Counted from the stretch's first letter, positions 49,308 to 61,789 are shown. The stretch: 64,000 nt of DNA from Cladosporium halotolerans (GCF_011745625.1 NW_027191453.1:248001-312000); one strand, 5' to 3'. Made by a program: numbers and translations. The notes: generated by a model from the letters alone, not told the origin.

Positions 49308-49733
49308 TCTTGTGGGGTCTTCGGGACCTTGTAGAGGGATATACAGCTTTGGCTGTTAGGGCAGACCGTACAATTGGAGGGCGCAATGATTATATCCGTG
49401 GGTGTGTGATGTTTGGTCTAATCGTTGGCCAGATCGTGTCTTGGTGTGAGTGTAAAGAAGATGTTGGAACGAATACTTTCCAATGAAATTGACGAGAATA
49501 CAATCTTAGAGTAGATAAAATTTGTCTGATACAGCTAGATAAGGTGAATAAGTGCGGTGGTAGGTTGGTCGCCAGTCATCGACAAAAGTGTGTCCGCAAA
49601 CACCACTGTGGTGGATGACTGTGAGCCGAGGCAAAGCAAAGTCCGGCATCGCTGAAGTCGGTGCCACGCCACGCCACGACTCGCCAGGTTTTGTACATGC
49701 TGCGCATGTGAGATGCTTCCATGTAAATGCACG

Positions 49734-49861
49734 GATCCTATCATAAGAGCGCATCATAGGAGCTTACTAACGAGGTGGTTACAATGGCTTCCGCCCGATC
49801 CTATCATAAGAGCGCATCATAGGAGCTTACTAACGAGGTGGTTACAATGGCTTCCGCCCGA
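49734..49861. repeat. Perfect 63-bp tandem duplication (2 copies)
   Basis: The unit gatcctatcataagagcgcatcataggagcttactaacgaggtggttacaatggcttccgccc starts at 49734 and again at 49797. Confidence 0.97.
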
Positions 49862-50805
49862 CAACAACCATATGATCGCCCGCCCAAGCAATGCCTTTCT
49901 TCGCATCCAGACTCGCCTCTTCGACTAACTGCGCCGCCTGGTCTCTCATGGGTCCCTCCGGTAGCTTTCCAGTCATGTCGATACCAGCAGCCACAAGTGC
50001 CTCCGTCCAGAACATCGAGTACTGCCGGGGTAGGTCGTTCTTGGTCTTTCGCGCCAGCTGAACGTCCTCCAGTCCCTGCGCCTTCACAATTTCTTCCATT
50101 TTCTTGGGCCAGGTCACTTCACCTAGGAAGGGTTTCCCCCATGCACGCATTTTGTGAAGACCGCTTTCTTCTTGTGTGATGCCGTTTTCTTCCAGGCCAA
50201 TGTAAAGATCACTGGCCCAGTCCACTTCGTTCCATTGAAGGTAGCCTCCCGGTTCTGTTGTTGAGGAGTTAGCCCAATATCCATGAAGAAGTGAGTGACC
50301 CGTATTGTACTTACTCAAGAGCTTCAGCAAATTTTGGAGGAGAGGGACCGGATCATTGTTCCTCACCAATCCAAGGAGGAATCGTGCATGAACCAGGTCG
50401 TACTGTCCCACGAATTCGGCGGGTATCTCTTGGTGCAGGTCCAGGTGCTTGAACTGAACGTTACGGGGCAGGAGGTGCTTGGGTGGTGCCTGGTGCAAGG
50501 CGATGTCGAGGCCATCAAGGCCATCGGCGTTTGGATATTCTTCAGCAGCTTCTAGTAACCATATACTAAAGAACCGATGTAAGCTGACAATTGTCTCTGC
50601 TCCGTCGAGAGAGGTGTGTTATAACGAACCCTGTACCACAGCCCACATCTGCGATCCGCAGGTTGGGCCGACCATCCAATTTGACCGAAGGGTGCACGAC
50701 CCAGGGAAAGTATTTCTTCCAGATGAAATGACAGACGTTAAGTCTGACCGAATCGATCACGCCTCGCGCGAGGGGATAAGTATCGAGCTTAGTGGGCAGC
50801 GACAT
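49842..50805 (-). CDS. Class I SAM-dependent methyltransferase (LaeA-like family); introns 50566-50629 and 50255-50314
   Basis: YPLAR..DSVRLN..H, motif I RIADVGCGTGIWLLE (formed by splicing), DGLDI, YDLVHAR, LKPGGYLQWNE and VVVGRKP. Confidence 0.9.
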
Positions 50806-51212
50806 CGTTTGTAAGCCTTGTCACTGCACGGAGTAGAAAGGCGTAGAAATTATGTGAGAGATTGTGCTCTTTAGTACTCCCTGTGCTGGTAGCACCAGAT
50901 CATGAAGACGGTGTCTCGTTTGGGTCGACGCATTGGAGGATTCGCGGGCTGACGCTGAACCGCCCCAACAAAACAAAAACGGCAATATCTACCTAGCAAT
51001 GTGTATCACGAGAAGCGCGCTAAATCAAATTATGTTGTTACATGAGCCGTAATCCAATACATTGGATGGCAGGCCTTGTGTGATGCGGTCAAATCCGTAT
51101 CATAAGGTTGGCAGGGTTAGGGTTGGGGTACGATGTGTGGTCTGCCTAGACATAATGATTATATAATGGGCACAAGCAAAGCACACTGCATGAATCAAGT
51201 GATCATCACTTC

Positions 51213-51313
51213 GGGGATATGGTCTAGCGGTATGACATCTTCTTAGCACCATACAAGTACCCCTTGTATCTGTTAAGTGGAGAAGGTTCCCGGTTCGACT
51301 CCGGGTTTCTCCA
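51213..51313 (+). tRNA. tRNA-Ala(AGC) with a 29-nt intron (51249-51277)
   Basis: Acceptor stem GGGGATA/TTTCTCC with the G3:U70 Ala identity pair. A box TGGTCTAGCGG. Anticodon arm TCTTC-TT-AGC-A[intron]T-GGAGA. T arm CCCGG-TTCGACT-CCGGG. A T-run follows. Confidence 0.93.
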
Positions 51314-51719
51314 TTATCTTTTGCTTCGTATGACGAGGTCCGTCAAATAGACGTCGTCCAGTGACAAAGCTATCCTTTTGCTTTGGCGATGCGTCGTGGC
51401 GGCGGGGCAAAGCCTTGGTAGATTACGCGTGAGCAGCGCTTGACAAGTCCGGAACACGGACTCCAGGGATGGGAAGGTTCATGTCTACGGACACAGCTAC
51501 AGCGTGGGGCAGTTTGATAGAGGAGGAAACGCAGAGCATTGGTAAGAAGCAACGGACAGGCGGTTGACTGATACCACGGGCGGTAGCATGATGATTGATC
51601 TTCTCGAATTTCTCAGGATCATCTATCTACACTGCTTGCGAGTCGCGTCCTGACTGCGATCTCAATATAGAAAATCGTACAACTGCTTTTGAATGGACTC
51701 TACTCTAGTAGGTCTGTGC

Positions 51720-52879
51720 TTAGAACGGCGGCAGCCAGAAGGGGTAACCGCCGTTCTTCAGCCTGAAAACACTCAGGAGGAAGGAGTACGTGCCCAGAAG
51801 GACAGCACCCCAGAGGAAGACGGCGAACTGCTGCCTGCGAGCATCGGCCATGCGGGGGACCTTGAGTGCCAGACTGATTGTGGCGAAGGAGAGAATTCCG
51901 TCTGTCGATAACAAATTAGTACTAATCAAGACGACTGTATCTGCGAAGCAGACTTACACATAGCGGCAACGATCTGGGTCTCCAGGCCAAACTGGTTCTG
52001 GAAGCCGCCGGCAAAGTAGCTCACACCACCTTTGGGGCTGGCGGCCACGTAGGGAACCTTGCGGATGTGGTTGAACATGTGCCCGCTGGTGAAGAGCAGG
52101 ACGGCGATCAAACTGACAGCAGCCCAGAGGTTGCGGTTCTGAACGATCGGGAGGTAGTAAGGCGCGGCGACGAAGAGGAAGGTGATAGCGCCGAGAAGAG
52201 CGGTCGTGACGGTGACGATCTTGACATAGTTGATAGGGCGGACGATCGGCGGGTGAGGAGATTCGGGGAGGTGACGGCTCAACCAGGCATGGATGGGCTC
52301 AGCCTTGTCGGAACTGATTCAATCAGGGTGTTAGTACAATGCGCCCAGAAGACTGAAGATCGTGCGGACTCACCCCGAAAGGAAGTCGAAGCGGATCGGA
52401 GAAGGATCAGTCCTTGCGTTGGGGCCAGTCGAGGGCGGGAACAGGAGCAAGACAGGTGCCGTTTGCAGCATCAGCTGGTACCAGTCAGTCACTGTCACGA
52501 GTATTATGGTCTCTGAGGACTATCATACCGACTGGAAAGTCGCCTTGCCGTCGAGAAAGTCCATTGTACCAAAGAGCAGACGTCCCTCTCCTGCCTTGTC
52601 GCCCTTCGACCAGCTGCGTGCAAGCAGGTCATATTCCGGTTGGAAATCTTTACACAGGCCACATCCAAATCGCGGCTCCAATGCGGTCAAGAGCACGGCC
52701 ACAGAGTAGTCTCGCGGTGTCTTGGTGAGCTCTCCATATGTCTTGTCGTCGAGCCTCACTGAGCTGCCAGCCGAGAGCTGCTTGGAGTTGTAGGTCTGGA
52801 AGCGGTCGCCAGTGGGTTTCTTCGCGGCTAGCGCGGTGAAAGGCAGCAATGCTGCCGTCAAAGCAGAAAGAAACTTCAT
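51720..52879 (-). CDS. Oligosaccharyltransferase subunit Ost3/Ost6 (MagT1/TUSC3 family); introns 52475-52528, 52314-52373, 51902-51957
   Basis: Signal peptide MKFLSALT, then PRDYSVAVLLTA..FGCGLC (CxxC), SGHMFNHIR, GFQNQFGLETQI and FRLKNGGYPF. Confidence 0.94.
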
Positions 52880-53103
52880 CGTTGACGGTGTTGGCGAGCA
52901 ATGGCTAACCGACCAGTGTCTCCGATTGCTCGCTGGCGGCAGCTGGAAGCTGGAGCATCGGCGACAGGTGTCGTTACTTGGCATGATGACACGGGCGCGG
53001 CCGCGGTTCCGCTTGTTGATCGCGCGTAAACAAAGGATGAAGTTCAAGCATCCACCAATGCGCCCACCAGCCTAACACACTGCAGCACCTACAACAGTCG
53101 CGT

Positions 53104-55155
53104 ATGCCACCAGCGCATAGTTCAAAGAGCATGGCTCCTATGCCTTCTACCATGCATTCACAACAATACGAGCAAGCGCTCCACACATCTGCGCTGGAGC
53201 TCAAATACGCAAACAACACACACATGGTCGACATTCTAGAGAAAATCGAAGATATCCGTCGATTACGATTTAGCGTCAATTGCCTGGAAGACGACAACGA
53301 CGATATTCGCGAGCAACTACAGCACGAGGAAGACCGCGCAGACTCCTTCGAGAGACTCGTCAACGAGAACCTGTCGCGCGCCGAGGCGGCCGAGGCCACG
53401 CTTACTGAAGTCGAAAGCGAGCTGAGGGCGCGCGAGAACGAGATCGCAGCACTGAACGCTGAGGCGCAAGCGCTGAGAGACGCGCGTGAAGACAACACCG
53501 CCGTTCTGACGGAGAAACTGGCACTGGCGCGCGAACTGAGTGTCCTAAAACCGGAGCTGGAGCACCTCAAAGCCCAAGCGGCGTCTGTCGAGCAGCTAGT
53601 TGCGGAGAAGCTCGATCTACAGCATCAACTGACGAATGCACAATGCGAGGTCGAGAAGGCCAAGCGCGAAGCCCAGCGTGCCCTGGCGAAACGGAGAAAC
53701 ACGGTTTTCGAGATCGCGCAGGAGGAGCAAGTTGATGACTTGAAGAGGCAGTTGCAGAAGGAGAAAAGGGCGAGGGAGCGTGCAGAAGAGGCTTTGGAGC
53801 ACGCACAAGGCGACATGGACACAGATGATATCCGTAAGCAGCTTGCAAAGGAAAAGAAAATGCGCGAAAAGGTCGAGGAGGAGCTGGAGGCCGTACGGGA
53901 GAACACACAGATCGAGGATGTCCGAAAAGACTTACTCAAGGAAAAGAAAGCGAAGCAACGGCTGGAGGACGCTGTAGAGAACCTTCAGGCTGAAGTTGAG
54001 AAGGAGAAGAGAGCCGCTGCTCGCGCCCTCAAGCGTGCAGATGGAAATGCCAGCGCCGACGACCAAGCTGAGGAGCTCCGTGAAGAGCTTGCCAAAGAGA
54101 AGAAGGATCGCCAGCGCGCAGAGAAAGCTGCCGAACATGCTGTGGAGGAGGCTGAGACGCAGAGGGCTGCGCTGGAGGAGAAACTTGGACGCTTCAGGGA
54201 GAAGCTCAGAACTACCAAGGAGAAATTGAAAGACATGGAGACTGAGCTCAGTGCAGCAAAGGAAGCGGCTGAGAGTGCCGCTGCAGCTGCACCAGAGCCC
54301 ATTCCTCAAGCCACTACCAAGACAGCAGCCCCTAAGGCAAGCAAGGCCACCAAAAAGCGCGCAGCAGCAGCAATGGAGCCCGAAGAGAGTGCTCTGGGTA
54401 CTCCAGGTGACGGTCCGGCAGCTAAGAAACGCGGACGCAAGGCACCCAGCGCGGGTGTTGGTGACAAGAGCACTTTCTCCATCACGCCATTCCTTAACAA
54501 GACGATGAGCGCCGACATGGAAGACCACTCGGAAGACGAAGAGGAGGAAGCCTCGCCGGTTGCTCAGAAATCGAACAAACAACCCCTTGCACCTGCCGAC
54601 TCCAGTAAAGCTAACGCTCAGCCCAAGAAGAACGGCGCTCAACGCAAGGCAAAAGCTCCTATGCTCGAGATGGTCACCGAGGAGGTCGAGGATGTGCACT
54701 CTCAAGGACAGGAGAATGCGCCAAAGACGAAAGCCAAAGCCGGCGGTGTCATGAAGCTGAAGACCAAGACCAACGACGGACCAGACGAGGCTCGTGAGCC
54801 GAGCAAGAAGAAGAGGCCTCGCAAATCGCTCGTTGACTTTGACACTTTCCGTGCTTCAGAGGAGAAGTCTACCACAATGCAAAAGAAAAAACGCAAGCTC
54901 GGCGGCATGGGCAAAACCCTCATGGACGAAGAGGAGGATACTCAGCCTGCAGCCAAGTCAGGCTTCAACAGTCGCGGCTTGTTCGGCTCAAAAGGCTTCA
55001 GCGCCCTCGCTGGTCCGAAGAAGGGCCCAAGTATGTTTGGCAAGAGTTCGGGCGTCGGCAAGAGTGTTCTCATGAGTGCGGCTGATGGATCTGGATTCCA
55101 ATTCTCACCCCTGAAAAGGAGTCGGAAGAACCTAGACGACACGCTGAGGGGATGA
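53104..55155 (+). CDS. Uncharacterised coiled-coil protein with a basic, NLS-rich C-terminus
   Basis: 683-aa ORF with about 380 residues of E/K/L heptads, then KKR clusters, FSITPFLNK and FSPLKR motifs. Confidence 0.85.
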   Translation: MPPAHSSKSMAPMPSTMHSQQYEQALHTSALELKYANNTHMVDILEKIEDIRRLRFSVNCLEDDNDDIREQLQHEEDRADSFERLVNENLSRAEAAEATLTEVESELRARENEIAALNAEAQALRDAREDNTAVLTEKLALARELSVLKPELEHLKAQAASVEQLVAEKLDLQHQLTNAQCEVEKAKREAQRALAKRRNTVFEIAQEEQVDDLKRQLQKEKRARERAEEALEHAQGDMDTDDIRKQLAKEKKMREKVEEELEAVRENTQIEDVRKDLLKEKKAKQRLEDAVENLQAEVEKEKRAAARALKRADGNASADDQAEELREELAKEKKDRQRAEKAAEHAVEEAETQRAALEEKLGRFREKLRTTKEKLKDMETELSAAKEAAESAAAAAPEPIPQATTKTAAPKASKATKKRAAAAMEPEESALGTPGDGPAAKKRGRKAPSAGVGDKSTFSITPFLNKTMSADMEDHSEDEEEEASPVAQKSNKQPLAPADSSKANAQPKKNGAQRKAKAPMLEMVTEEVEDVHSQGQENAPKTKAKAGGVMKLKTKTNDGPDEAREPSKKKRPRKSLVDFDTFRASEEKSTTMQKKKRKLGGMGKTLMDEEEDTQPAAKSGFNSRGLFGSKGFSALAGPKKGPSMFGKSSGVGKSVLMSAADGSGFQFSPLKRSRKNLDDTLRG

Positions 55156-55545
55156 AATGTCAACAATGGTCTTGCGACTTTTTCGTAATGTTTTCTGTAC
55201 GATGGCGCCTTTGATCGGCTGCGGGCTTTCATTCTGGAGTCAAGGGTTTTCTCTGCTGCTTTCGGTCAGCAAGTTTCATGACAGTTCTTCTCGCACCTTA
55301 TCTACTTGCTTAACCTTCCTTCAAAAAACTTCTCCAACCAACATCAATTGCAACGATTGTCTCAAGTGCCATATATTCGTGACTCTATGTAAACGCTAAC
55401 GCCTTCAATCCCAGGGGTATATCGCTTCTGGCCGTTGGATCTGACAGATCCTGAGGCTCTATGCATCAGTTCAATTCGTCATTCTTCGTCCAGACACTGC
55501 CGGCCTGATATTGATGTGCTGAAACGTCAGGCCCATCCTTCAGCC

Positions 55546-56241
55546 TCACTTGATCTTCATGGCCTGCATGAAATCCTCCTTCCTGTCGTCCCCAATTTCG
55601 GCCACGACGTCGCCCATGGCCTCAACTTCCTTGACACCAGTGCCATGGGCAAATTGCCACGCTTCGTCAACTTCCAGCCGTACTTGGAACGCGGCCCAAT
55701 TTTGGTCCTTCAATTCGTTGACATGGTCGCGGACGGCATTTGCGGGTCCAGAATACACCAGAACTCCAGGATATCCAGGTTTAGTGACGCCGGATACTGA
55801 CGCCGCGGGCGAGAGCGCCATCTTGCGCTTGTTGGTGTTAAGCAAATGATGCAGCCATACGACAATCGTCGCGTCGCTGCCATGCGGCTCATCCGCCGCA
55901 CTGGGCTGCTCGAGCCCGTTGCCCGTCGCCTCAAGCTCGTGGTCCGCGACCAGGCCGTCGAAAAGCGCCACCGTCGCGTCGAGGATCTCCTCGCCGCACC
56001 CGAACTCCTCGAGCAGGCGCTTCTTCACCTCGCCGCTGATGTCGCGCTTGCCTGCGGTGGCAGTGATCACGATCGGCAGGCCGGTGCTGAGGTAGTCGTC
56101 CGGCAGCCGCAGGGTGATGGAGGAGTTGGTCCCCTTGAACGTCAGCTCGCGGCTGTGGTCGGCCCAGGAAATCTGCTCCGGGTACATGGCTTGGACGAGG
56201 GCCACCTCGTCTGCCACGCGTTCGCCGTGATCCGGGGACAT
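55546..56241 (-). CDS. RWD domain + DUF1115 protein (RWDD2-like)
   Basis: DEVALVQAMYP and LPDDYL (RWD-like), then WLHHLLNTNKRK and GVTKPGYPGVLVYSG. Confidence 0.85.
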   Translation of the reverse strand: MSPDHGERVADEVALVQAMYPEQISWADHSRELTFKGTNSSITLRLPDDYLSTGLPIVITATAGKRDISGEVKKRLLEEFGCGEEILDATVALFDGLVADHELEATGNGLEQPSAADEPHGSDATIVVWLHHLLNTNKRKMALSPAASVSGVTKPGYPGVLVYSGPANAVRDHVNELKDQNWAAFQVRLEVDEAWQFAHGTGVKEVEAMGDVVAEIGDDRKEDFMQAMKIK

Positions 56242-56873
56242 GCTGTGAGCTCTGACAGGCCGGTCTTCAGGATCTCAGTGAAGGGTGATTTTGGCGGCTA
56301 TGAATGTTTTGACTTCGGAGCATGAAGGGCGAAGAAGCGAAAAGTGAGGGGCAGTCCCTTCGCGGCCTTCGCGGAGACGGGGAGGTGATGGGAAAATGAT
56401 GATGGCGAAATGACTCGGCACGCGAATTAGCGTGGTGGTGCGGTGGTGAGGCGGACGGAGCGAGGCCCGGCTCCATCTCCAGTGTAGATTGAGGGATGCG
56501 CGTGGCGGGCCCGCGTAAGCGTTTAGCCTTCCATGAGGTTTATGAAGTGAAGCGACGATGACATCACGGGGTGTCACGAATGCTACGAGGCGCGTTGTGA
56601 GGACGCGGCATCGATCCGTCGCTATGGGTGGATCAAAGCAGTCGTCGACGACATCATCACTTCAGACGCGTCTCCCTTAATCCTCACATCACTCAACGCG
56701 ACTTATCACGCGTTTGCTTCATCACCTCAATTTTTCATGTGATCCAGGTCAAATCACCAATTCTAAGAAGCTCGCCACCTACAACAAACTGATTTACACA
56801 GCATTCCTTGCTGCCTTCTTAACAATTGCACCAGACAGCACCTTAGCACCAACTTGAATCATCTTCGTTAACC

Positions 56874-58394
56874 ATGGCCGGAACACGCCAATCGGCACGA
56901 GTTGCCGCGCAGAACAACTCGAGCCCGCAATCCGCTACGACAACAAGCGGTACTAAGCGCAAGGCTGATGCCTCTTCCCCGGCGGCTGGCAACAAGGGCA
57001 AGAAGCAACAGAAGACCCTTGAAGAGGTAACTCCCAACGAGAATGAGCACGAGGACGTCCAACAGACTCCAGCAAAGGAGACCGAAGAGGACAATGCCGG
57101 AGCTGGTGACGTTGAAATGAGCGAGCAGAAGGATGCAACCGAAGGAGCCGGTAAGGGTGAATTGGAAGCGTCGCGACTAGGTTTCAAACTAACATGGACC
57201 GCAGCTGAGACGACGAAAACTGAAGAGGACAGCGCCAACGGACAAGAAGAGACCAAGAAGGAGTCGGAGAAACCCAATGCTTTCGATAAGGTGCAGGCAG
57301 ATGAGAAGGATGAGGGCAAGACGGCTGCAAAGGTAAACCCTCCACTTTCTCAAGCGCCAACTGCGCATTACTCACAATGCCCTCTGCAGACCGAGGAATC
57401 CGAGTCCACTAACGGCAACGCACACGAATCCACCAGCAAGGCCGAAGCCAGCACCGACTCCCACGCCGTCGAAGAAGACAAGACCCGCGAAGAAGCCCAG
57501 CCCTCCAACATCCTCGAGAAGGGCGTGATCTACTTCTTCACGCGCGGCCGTGTCGGGACCACAGACCCGGACAGCGTGCAGGACCTCCAGCGCAGCTTCT
57601 TCGTCATGCGCCCCTTGCCCGCCGGCGGCAAGATCACCGATGGCGCCGTGCAGGAGCTCAAGAACCTGCGCCTGCTCGCGCTGCCCAAGAAGGTCTGGCC
57701 CAAGAGCGGCAAGGACCGCTTCATGTCGTTCGTCGAGAAGGCGGGCACGACGATGGCAGAGCTGAAGGAGAGCTTCATGCAGGGGTCGGAATACTCGACT
57801 AAGACTACGGGCACGAACCACACGCCTAATGTCACGCTCGTCGGCGAGGGCGTGTATGCGATGACGAGGACGGGCGGTGGGCAGGGCACGACGCACCTGG
57901 CGTACATGCTCACGGTGCCTAGCTCGCCGGGCGAGGTGCAGGAGGACATCGGAATCAAGGACAAGGGCAGCTTCGTGATCAGTCTGAAGAACCCGGAGTC
58001 GTCTGGTCCAGCGAACGCGCAGCTGCCGCAGGGTCCGGGCTACCCGTCTGAGTTCATCGAGGAGTTTGGTGGCCGTGGCTGGATGCCGGCCGAGCCCAAG
58101 CACATCGACTACGCCAACGCGCAGATTCTCATGATCGGCGAGAGTTTCGATGGTTCGAACAACCTCGAGGCCAATCCTAAGGACCAGAAGGACGATGCCA
58201 AGGAGCTGCCGGAGGAGGAGATCAAGAAGTTGGAGAGCGAGGACGAGCAGAGGATTGAGCACATGAAGGGTGAGTTGTTGAGTTGTCCGATTCTAAAGAG
58301 TGAAATTGTTGCTAATTCTGCTGCAGGTGACGATACTGTCTTTGCTGATCTCGGCGTTTCGAAGAAGGACTACGGCATCACTACCACTTGGTAA
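56874..58394 (+). CDS. Conserved fungal protein of unknown function with an acidic N-terminus; introns 57151-57204, 57333-57389, 58270-58326
   Basis: Globular-looking core ILEKGVIYFFTRGRV..RLLALPKK..GEGVYA..HLAYMLT..GSFVISLKNP with strong codon bias. Three canonical introns. Confidence 0.85.
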   Translation: MAGTRQSARVAAQNNSSPQSATTTSGTKRKADASSPAAGNKGKKQQKTLEEVTPNENEHEDVQQTPAKETEEDNAGAGDVEMSEQKDATEGAGKGELEASRLGFKLTWTAAETTKTEEDSANGQEETKKESEKPNAFDKVQADEKDEGKTAAKVNPPLSQAPTAHYSQCPLQTEESESTNGNAHESTSKAEASTDSHAVEEDKTREEAQPSNILEKGVIYFFTRGRVGTTDPDSVQDLQRSFFVMRPLPAGGKITDGAVQELKNLRLLALPKKVWPKSGKDRFMSFVEKAGTTMAELKESFMQGSEYSTKTTGTNHTPNVTLVGEGVYAMTRTGGGQGTTHLAYMLTVPSSPGEVQEDIGIKDKGSFVISLKNPESSGPANAQLPQGPGYPSEFIEEFGGRGWMPAEPKHIDYANAQILMIGESFDGSNNLEANPKDQKDDAKELPEEEIKKLESEDEQRIEHMKGELLSCPILKSEIVANSAAGDDTVFADLGVSKKDYGITTTW

Positions 58395-59283
58395 ATGCAT
58401 TCCATTCTGCAAGCCACCAGGCTCTCATTAGGTGGCTGGCCTATGTATTTCTGTTTCTCATTTGGCTCAAAAGTTCGGAAATCTGGGACAATGGTTAGTG
58501 GTGGGACAGGACAATAGCGATCAGGTTCCGAATTCGCGCACGACAAGTGTCCTCGAAGACGTGCGAATGATGTATTATTATTAGCTCACAAAACTAGCCC
58601 TAAATGGCTTGCAGCGTGAGTAACGCAAAGCGGGATCACGAATCAGAGCGCCGTTCCGTGAAGATGCAGTCTCGTTCGCTAAGGCTTGCATGAAGACACA
58701 GGACGAATCACTTGCGCAAGACGCCCTCTTCAGACCTCCGTAGAGCTCTGGCCCAATATTCCCCAGAGCCATCACACGGCTCGCACCGGCGCCGGAAGTG
58801 AATCTCCAAACCCTTCTCCCTCCCGTCCGCGGCCAGGAACAGGCAAGCGCCAAACAAGACCCAAAACTCACCCGGAAGGCCATCCGCGCGCGCTCTGTCC
58901 AACGCCGGAGTTTGAAGCAGGGGCGTCTGTTTCGCTGGAAGGTCACGCCTCTCTCGCTCCCCTGAAACACGCTCGCCTGCAGGCTGCCACGCTCCCTGCC
59001 CAAGATTGCAGGGAGAGCCGGGCGCTGGGCGAATCAGGGCGGTCGTCTGCAGGTTTTGGGCGGCTTCTGGAACCTGCGCGCGGCGGCAACGCTGGCCCTG
59101 CCCCACTAACGGCGGCCAGCCGCCGGCGGGCGGGTCCTCCATGGAGGGGAGGGGGGCGCGGCAGGTTGGAGGGTTGGTGGTTTAAAGCGTGCAGCACTGG
59201 TGCTGGGACGGGGTGCGGGCTGGCGAGCGGGTTACGACGGATCTTCTGTTGTTTCGCCTTTTCTTGACCTGGACTTCATGTTT

Positions 59284-59301
59284 CTGCTGCTGCTGCTGCT
59301 G
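59284..59301 (+). repeat. (CTG)6 microsatellite upstream of the MAPK gene
   Basis: ctgctgctgctgctgctg read directly. Confidence 0.9.
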
Positions 59302-60030
59302 CACATACTACTGCGTTACCTGCCTACCACAACCACTGGCTCTCGAGTTGCCGGCCTTGCCCTATCTGCCACCAAACAAGTCGCGGTGACTGCGTGTCAT
59401 TTTCTGAGGCTCACGGCTACACTCTAGGTGAGTTGAACTATCAAGAGAAGGATGTGGATTGGGTACAAGAGCCTGTTCGGAAACAGACACGAATGCGAGA
59501 AAGAGATGTGACAGAGGCGTTGGGGCTGCTCGTTCGGGTGCTTAGGCGAAGGTGGAGGCTAGGCGCTGACGGGGCTGACGAGACGCATCCGGTGCGGCCT
59601 CGCTCGTTCGTTTCACCTGTACATGCACAAGTTGAATCCAGACGGATCAGGAAAAGCAATAGCATCACCGGCAAAAGGAGGGCAGCGCAACAGGAGGATA
59701 CCAGACAAGCAAGGACCGCGTAGGCCATCCCAGTCACGGCATCTGAGCGAGGGGCAGGACGAGAGGACATTGACACCTGCCGCATTCCGCAGACCGGAGA
59801 GCTCGACGCAAAGGGAACGCATTGCTGATTATCGTGCTCTCACAGCTGCCACCTATCCTCTACCTCTCTGCACGCCGCCGGACACCCAGCATCCGCACGT
59901 CGCTCTTTCCTTGTCCGTCGCGGAGTTGCTGAGCAACAGCGCACGCACATTTCACGACCTCAAAACATTCGCACTTCCGATTCCTCACGACCACACGCTG
60001 CATAGCTAGCGACAGCACAACACCCACATC

Positions 60031-61344
<1,314 letters not shown>

Positions 61345-61438
61345 TAGTTCTTTTCAATTTCTACCGTCGAACCCCAACCTCCTTTCTCTTGAGACGAATC
61401 ACTAACAGCTCGTGAGTAGCAACCGCACTTTCGACTAC

Positions 61439-61789
61439 ATGAAAACGCGCATCCCCGAGTCCTACCAAGCCCACCTGCGCCGCGTCAGTGCCGAGAAAGG
61501 CTTCTACCCGAGCAATTCGAGCTCCGCCCGCTACAGGAAGTACTCTCAGAGGAGCAAGCACAGCGACCAGGAAGGCCACAAGGTGCAAGAGGGGGAAGTG
61601 CAGCAGAAGGGCAAAACGACCGCCGCCGACTGGGACCCGGAGACCAGCTACGAGCTCCCCATCACTTTCGACGACATTGAGTGGGACTCGTACCCCAACA
61701 GCGCTCCCGCCGTTCTACCCTCGGTGGCGCACGGGCACGTCCCGACTGGGATGAGGGCTGTGGTTAGTCGACAGGAGGCGGATTGCTAG
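61439..61789 (+). CDS. Possible small orphan protein (116 aa) immediately downstream of the MAPK
   Basis: ATG at 61439 with C/G-ending codon bias like neighbouring genes. No recognisable family. Confidence 0.4.
   Translation: MKTRIPESYQAHLRRVSAEKGFYPSNSSSARYRKYSQRSKHSDQEGHKVQEGEVQQKGKTTAADWDPETSYELPITFDDIEWDSYPNSAPAVLPSVAHGHVPTGMRAVVSRQEADC

Noticed and set aside
49842..50805. Methyltransferase as a marker of a secondary-metabolite cluster
   Set aside because: No PKS, NRPS, terpene synthase, P450 or cluster transcription factor nearby.
51106..51128. Telomere-like GGGTTAGGGTT upstream of the tRNA
   Set aside because: Fewer than two full TTAGGG units, compatible with chance.
51588..51653. 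ATGATGA...CTGA box C/D-like pair downstream of OST3/6
   Set aside because: No clear C'/D' boxes and no rRNA-complementary guide that I can recognise.
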